Assembly (NCBI GenBank): GCA_020137815.1
Contig: CM035353.1
Span: 4,836,001 to 4,900,000 of the forward strand
Direction: 5' to 3'
DNA from: Hormiphora californensis
Lineage: Eukaryota; Animalia; Ctenophora
Length of the DNA: 64,000 nt
The notes under the pieces were generated by a model. The model was not told the origin of the DNA, did not search any database, and saw only the letters and a list, made by a program, of their open reading frames with translations. The position numbers and the translations under genes were made by a program. The first letter of the stretch is position 1. Each line of letters opens with the position of its first letter. Shown in pieces: positions 58,330-64,000 of the stretch.

Positions 58330-59703
58330 GATGCAAATCTAACAGATATTCTGATCATTAGATTGTCTATACACGAAAAGTATATGTCACGGAACTTTTT
58401 CCAGCCGTCGGTCTCCCGAGCAGCACTGACTCCAGTTACCTCGTATCCCTGAAAACGACTGGGAGTTTTCCTCTTTCTCTGATTGCTCGGTTGTTTGAGA
58501 TCAGAAGGCAGACCCGTATACATCAGGTCGACTGATTCCTCATCTCTCATGTTAAGAAGTGATTCAGTCGCCTACTCTACGTTCTTGGTGGCCCGGGTCA
58601 TGTCAAACTTAGCAGACTGCAACTTTGTCATCAGGATATCAGTGTTAATAAACACGGCCTGGAAAAGAAAGTTTTGATTAATGGGGTGGTCAGAAGAAGG
58701 AGACTAAAGATGACATTGGGAATGGCGATTTCTGTTTTTACCTGTAATATAGTAGCAGTTGCAACACGAGTCCAGCTGCGGAGTCCCTTGATGAGCCCCT
58801 TGGCCGTGGCACGTGTTGTAGAATCAAATGAAAACTTCCCATCTGTATTCCTTCCTGTTTCCATCTTCTCCAGTGCTCCGATGTACCCCAACCTGTTGTT
58901 CAGGAAGTTCGATACCAACCGGGAATGCGTGTTCCATCGGATTTTACCTGCCTCTGGCGGACGAGTTATCCCTCCTAGAGCGTGAGTTCTGACGTGGCTC
59001 GATCTGAAGAATTTGCTGAGGTCTGCCAGATAGATGGCAAGCTCTTCGACTTCCGTGACATCTCTCAGACCTTGTTCCAGCACTAGGTTGCACCTGTGAG
59101 CAGCACAATGAACGTAAACTGCCGTTGGAATATCAGCACGGATACGTCCAGAAAGGCCCCTATCACATCCAGACATCACTGTTGCTCCATCGAATGAGAC
59201 ACCAACAATAGTTACATCTCCTAGGGGTAACAAAGCCTTCTTATTAACTCTTCATGAAGCCCAGCTGCTCCTCTACTACCACTCACGTTCTTCAATCCAA
59301 TAAAGCGTTCTTCCAACTCGCCTTTCTCGTTGACAAAACGGATCACAACAGCCATCTGGTGGTGATGATTGGCATCTGTTGCCTCGTCGGATAAAACACT
59401 TATAAACCTTGTAGTTTTGATTTTTTGGTGAATTGTTCTTTCCACATTGTTGGAAATAATTTGAATGAGCTGTTCCTGAATTGTCTTCGATGTTCCTAGG
59501 AATCCATGTGGTGGATGGACGTTTGAAGTACTGGATAGTAGAGTTAGCCATTCAACATATCCCCCCCCGGTTGTCACTCTCGGCCCCTTCGTCATGGCCC
59601 CGGAAAGGTGATGCCAGGACGCCCAGCTTTATAGCAACTTCAAAGATAATTTTGAGGTAGCTCCGATTTTTCTCCACCTCTAGATTGTATTCGACTATGC
59701 TTT
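58330..59703 (-). pseudogene. hAT transposase (ZMYM1/DUF4371-like), frameshifted and truncated at both ends
   Basis: PFRGHDE, TSKTIQEQLI, SVLSDEATD, EERFIG, SFDGATVMSG, YVHCAAHRCNLVL, IRWNT across at least four broken frames. Confidence 0.93.
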
Positions 59704-60771
59704 GGGGGGAGACACACTGAGGTTGGTCGCGCGCGTTCAACTCTCAACCGCGTGAAACACACTGAAGTTTCGCGGTTTGAAGTTTCGCGGAAAAGTTCGA
59801 AGTTTCGCGAAACCCCATTTTCGGCTGAGAAATCATTTGTAAGGTGCTAACTTATTTACTGGTAGGGTCCGCTCCGCCCCCTAAAAAAGGGTCGTGTCTT
59901 TCAAGCCAAATTGCACGTGATCCACTGGACCGATTTGCATCCGGTTTGTCGCAAAAGACTACAAATTGGTCCTAGTTTACAGGAAAATACCCGAGAAGTT
60001 TGTCTGTCAACAGGAAGTGGGTCAAAATTGACACTGAAGTCAAATCTATAATCTGGCTTCAGAGCCTTTTTGCACCACTCCCAGACGGTGTAGAATGAAT
60101 CTGAGGGTATCAGAAGATAGGTTGAACTCTTGTGAGTACTGGAAAATACCCGGCATTAATAGCTGATGCTAATTGCATCAACATATCTCCCAATATCTTC
60201 TAAATCGCATGGGCGTAGTGCAGAAACTCTCGGAAGCCAACTATAGGTTTGACTTCAGTGTCAATTTTGACCCACTTCCTGTTGACAGACAACTTCTTGG
60301 GTATTTTCCAGTATATTAGGATCATTTGTAGTCTTTTGCGACAAACCGGATGCAATCGGTCCAGTGGATCGCGTGCAACATCCCTTGAAAGAAACGACCC
60401 CTTTTGAGGCGGAGCAGACACCTGTGTGTGAGCTCAATCTTGGTCGCGCACGGTGTCTATGTCACCAAATTTACTGGTACATCTCTCGAGGTGTCCTTTG
60501 TCCATACCGAGTCAATTTCACCGTTTTTAAAATTTTGTTGTGAATTGGACAAAACTGTGACCGGATTAGCCAAAAATTTCAAAAACGGTGAAATTGACTC
60601 GGTATGGATAAAGGACACCTCGAGAAATGTACCGGTAAGTAAGTTAGCATCTTACAAATGATTTCTCAGCCGAAAATTGGTTTTTCGCGAAACTTCGAAC
60701 TTCGAACTTCAGTGTGTGTCGCGAGGTTGAGATTTGAACGAGCGCGCTCAACTTCAGTGTGTCTCCCCCCC
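59704..60771. mobile_element. Poly-G-ended multi-palindromic element (1068 bp) without a matching TSD
   Basis: G6-agacacactga / tcagtgtgtct-C7; TIR about 140-160 bp; inner IRs ~59870-60090/60200-60417 and 60469-60640; flanks tatgcttt versus tagggagt. Confidence 0.85.
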
Positions 60772-61572
60772 TAGGGAGTCCGCAGATACTTTTCTGAACG
60801 ATGGAAGAGGTGGGATCCGTATAGTAGCACCACACATTATTGAAAGAGTCTTCAGCATTTCGACAATAGTTGCTTTGATAGGCATGCTCCCTGAAATAAA
60901 ATTTAAAAAATGTTATCCCTGAAATCGGGAGACCTTTATTTCGAAATTCAGACCTCTGATTGGCTTGCGCGACAAATATATTATGACCAAAAAATTTCCC
61001 GATAAAATAGAAAGCTGAATCCGGTTGCGTTGGATCCGTCTCGAAACAGCTGATTCAAAAAAGTTCCGTTCAGCAGTTGTACTGTTACAGTGCTGCTTGT
61101 AGTCATATTACCGTAAGGGAAATACAGCGTGGTGGACAATTTAACAGTCAGAGACTTTAACTTACTTTGAAGTTCCACTTGAGTCCCAGGGGTCACACGG
61201 GTCACCATCTAGTGTTGTGTTAAGATATCCCTGAAAATGGGATATATGCAGATACTAGAGAAAATCGGAGGTCCGAACCTGACTTCAATCCGATTACGAT
61301 CTATTGTGCGGCGAATCAAGGGACTGATAGAAATATTGAGAGCGGGAAGGAAATGAATCCAACATCTCACTATATCATATAGTGTCCATCGTGTCTCTGA
61401 TAATTCATGCCTATAGTACTAACTACTGCTAACTACTGCTAACTACTGCTTATAATTACTGCTAAATAACTCATACTTTGTAGTCTGTTTGATCGCCATC
61501 CATGCAAGGAACATCATTAAAATGGTACCGGTCTGCTGACACAACTGCCACGAACATCCACATGAACATCAT
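60772..61572 (-). CDS. Secreted kringle-domain protein, exons 61572-61477, 61230-61166, 60890-60772; 3' end cut by a transposon (probably a truncated copy)
   Basis: Two GT-AG introns with compatible phases give MMFMWMFVAVVSA-DRYHFNDVPCMDGDQTDYK|GYLNTTLDGDPCDPWDSSGTSK|EHAYQSNYCRNAEDSFNNVWCYYTDPTSSIVQKSICGLP; kringle motifs YxG, C..W, NYCRN, WCY; sixth Cys missing. Confidence 0.88.
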
Positions 61573-61615
61573 AATAATTAGCACTTGAAATAATTAATTG
61601 CAGTTAGTAATAGTT

Positions 61616-61656
61616 AGCCTTTCCCCCGAGGGTGTCCCTAAATCGGGGTCCGACTG
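61616..61656. mobile_element. Solo right end of the pogo-like MITE family
   Basis: agcctttcccccgagggtgtccctaaatcggggtccgactg followed by TA, same as the end of 43790-43945. Confidence 0.85.
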
Positions 61657-61801
61657 TAATATCAACTAGAACTGAGGTGCTCAATAAAGGATATTATCTA
61701 AAAGCTGACTCCCCAAATTATACAACTGACCTCCATCATCCTGACAACATTTCAATATCTAGCGGCCAGGGGGGGCTCTTAAATGCGTGCTAAAAGCTTA
61801 A

Positions 61802-63545
61802 AGGGCCTAAAAACCCAAATTTTATTTAATTATTGTGAACACTACATCGTAACAAGCATGCTATTGGAGTCCCAAAAAACATAGGTACACGCCCCACCCG
61901 CCCAATGTGAGCCCAGGGGGAGCCCCTCAAGTTGGGGCCCAGTTGGGGTCCCCTTGTAAACGCGCTTGTACTCCTTGAAATGCTAACAATATGATCCTCT
62001 CTGAAGTTTGAAGTTTTGGGTAAAATTTAGCATTGTGTTTCAGGTGAGAACATAATCTTTCTTGTCTTTGTATTCTGGTAATTTTTCTCCTAGTTTTGAT
62101 AGGCTTAAATAATAATTTAGAGCAAAAACTAATTGAAATTAGTTCGCCAGAAAGGTGGCCCATTTTGAACTTACTCCTTCATTTCCGTCACCTTTGAGTT
62201 GAGGCTTCAAAGACATTGAGGTATCCGTAAACTTTTCCGCCTTTAACTCAAAGGTGACGGAAATGAAGGAGTAAGTTCAAAATGGGCCACCTTTCTGGCG
62301 AACTAATTTCAATTAGTTTTTGCTCTAAATTTGAACTCTTTTTTGGTCGTTTGAGGTCATTTATGACCTCAAATAACTTAGCAAATCGTCAACTAAAGTG
62401 TTTAAATGTAATTCGATGAATCCTGGGTTGTAGGAAACTGATTTGACGAAATTTTCAAAATACGACGTCGTTTTGACGTCGTGACGTCACACGTGACGTC
62501 ACGACGACGTGAAATATTATGACAGAATATTTGGCCAATGAAGCACTAAACGTGTGAAAAGTTTTAAAGGCCATGGTAGTCAAGAACTGAAGTTATAGCA
62601 TGAAATGTGAGTTTTTATGTGGATTTTCACATCAAATTTTTGAGTTCCGACGCGTTTTAAGGTCTAAAAATGACAAGTTAGAGAAAATCACGATATAGTA
62701 TCTGAAAGTTCAGACAATTTGCCACTAACGATTTTCCGTCAAATCAGGAATCAGAATACGTCTTGAGGGTGTTAAAGGTGTTTGAAAATATTTGGTCTGA
62801 GATTTTTCAATGACGTCACTACGGTCGTCATAGTGGACATTTTCACTTGAAACCTTAACTAATGCATGCCCCGAACGATTTCCTAACGGATAAAACTTGG
62901 TTCAAGTCTCTAGCTAGTATGGTTCGGGCTACAAGTGTTACACAGTGAAGCGTCTATATCTATCTATATATCTATCTATATACCTATCGCCACACTGAAT
63001 TTTCTGTTTTGGGGGTGGTGTCATAACTTGCGACCGGAATGAGCTAGCCACTTCAAATTTTTACCTTCAGTAGAGGTCTATATGAAGCTTCTTAGTACCA
63101 AATTTCAGCCTCCTAGCTCATCTGGTTCCGGAGTTAGGAGGGGTCGAAAAGTGCCAATATGGGCTAAAACTTCAAAATTGTTATATCTACGCTGTTGGCA
63201 AGCGGGCCCACTTTTTCGGGAAAAGTTTTTGGGGGGATGGGATGGGGCCACCTTTGCGCTTGCCAGCGCAGTGATTGATGAGAAAGATTATGAAATCTAC
63301 TAAAATACAAGGATAGTTTCTATCCTAAATTTTATATTTGAGAGAGGATCATATTGTTAGCATTTCAAGGAGTACAACCGCGTTTACAAGGGGACCCCAA
63401 ATGGCCCCCAACTTGAGTGGCTCCCCCTGGGCTCACCTGGGGCCCGTGTGGCGTGTAGGTACCTATGTTTTTTGGGACTCCAATAGCATGCTTGTTACGA
63501 TGTAGTGTTCAAAATAATTAAATAAAATTTGGGTTTTTAGGCCCT
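61802..63545. mobile_element. Kolobok-like non-autonomous element (TTAA TSD, AG...CT termini, ~200-bp TIR)
   Basis: TTAA at 61798-61801 and 63546-63549; 61802-~62001 inverts ~63341-63545; inner palindrome ~62115-62330. Confidence 0.85.
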
Positions 63546-63634
63546 TTAAATCAATTTTCGGATGATGATTCAAACAGCTTTTCTCTTCTGCACATGACCC
63601 CCTTCGGAAATATACAGCTGTAGTACGTTATATG

Positions 63635-63905
63635 ATTAGATGACTGGTTAAAATGGTCTATTACTTTTTAGTGCACGAGGCCGAAGGCCGAGTGTTCTAA
63701 ATACAACAATAATGAACCGAGACCGACAGGTCGAGGTAGATCCTTTTACTTAGCTGCCGAGCCTGCGAGGCACGCTAAGTGTAACTACCGAGCGAGCCTG
63801 CGAGCTCTGTAGTTGTACTTTTGGGCCGAGCCTGCGAGGCCTAAAAGTGAAAGAATCTTTAACATTATTGTTGTGTAATAGAGCATGTAAAATCAGTCAT
63901 CTAAT
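63635..63905. mobile_element. Small imperfect-IR element with cgaggccgaaggccgag-type motifs (possibly Crypton-derived)
   Basis: attagatgactg...ctattac / gtaatag...cagtcatctaat; repeated cgagcctgcgag motifs; family assignment from recollection only. Confidence 0.55.
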
Positions 63906-64000
63906 TTTATTAGATGATTTTGGAAACAAACTGAGTGAACGAGATAAAGATTGAGTGAGAGAGAGAAAGAGAAAGAGAAAGAGAATGTGAGAGAGAGAGA

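Noticed and set aside
58330-59703. Functional host gene ZMYM1 or an active hAT transposase
   Set aside because: Multiple frameshifts and both termini missing; no gene symbol assigned

Overview
AT-rich, intron-bearing eukaryotic (invertebrate-like) genomic DNA, not prokaryotic. Two short repeats resemble families I recall as abundant in the ctenophore Pleurobrachia bachei; this is recollection and unverified. The window is a transposon graveyard with two layers. (1) About 20 non-autonomous inverted-repeat elements (MITE/foldback; piggyBac-, Kolobok-, Academ-, pogo-, hAT-, Mutator- and Helentron-like, plus a poly-G-ended family with 8-bp TSDs), many nested and many with TSDs readable by eye. 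(2) Between them, a patchwork of short (0.1-1.4 kb) protein-coding fragments: LINE ORF1/APE/RT/RNase H, hAT, CACTA, Mutator, Harbinger, a tyrosine-recombinase-like piece, PR/SET, C2H2 fingers and a 3-exon secreted kringle gene cut by a transposon. Every recognisable fragment lies on the minus strand, often in scrambled order and locally re-duplicated. That suggests a uni-strand, piRNA-cluster-like archive locus (inference). No intact transposase, rRNA or CRISPR array is supported. Most ORFs in the supplied track are repeat artefacts. Domain calls rest on motif recognition by eye, and fragment boundaries are approximate.
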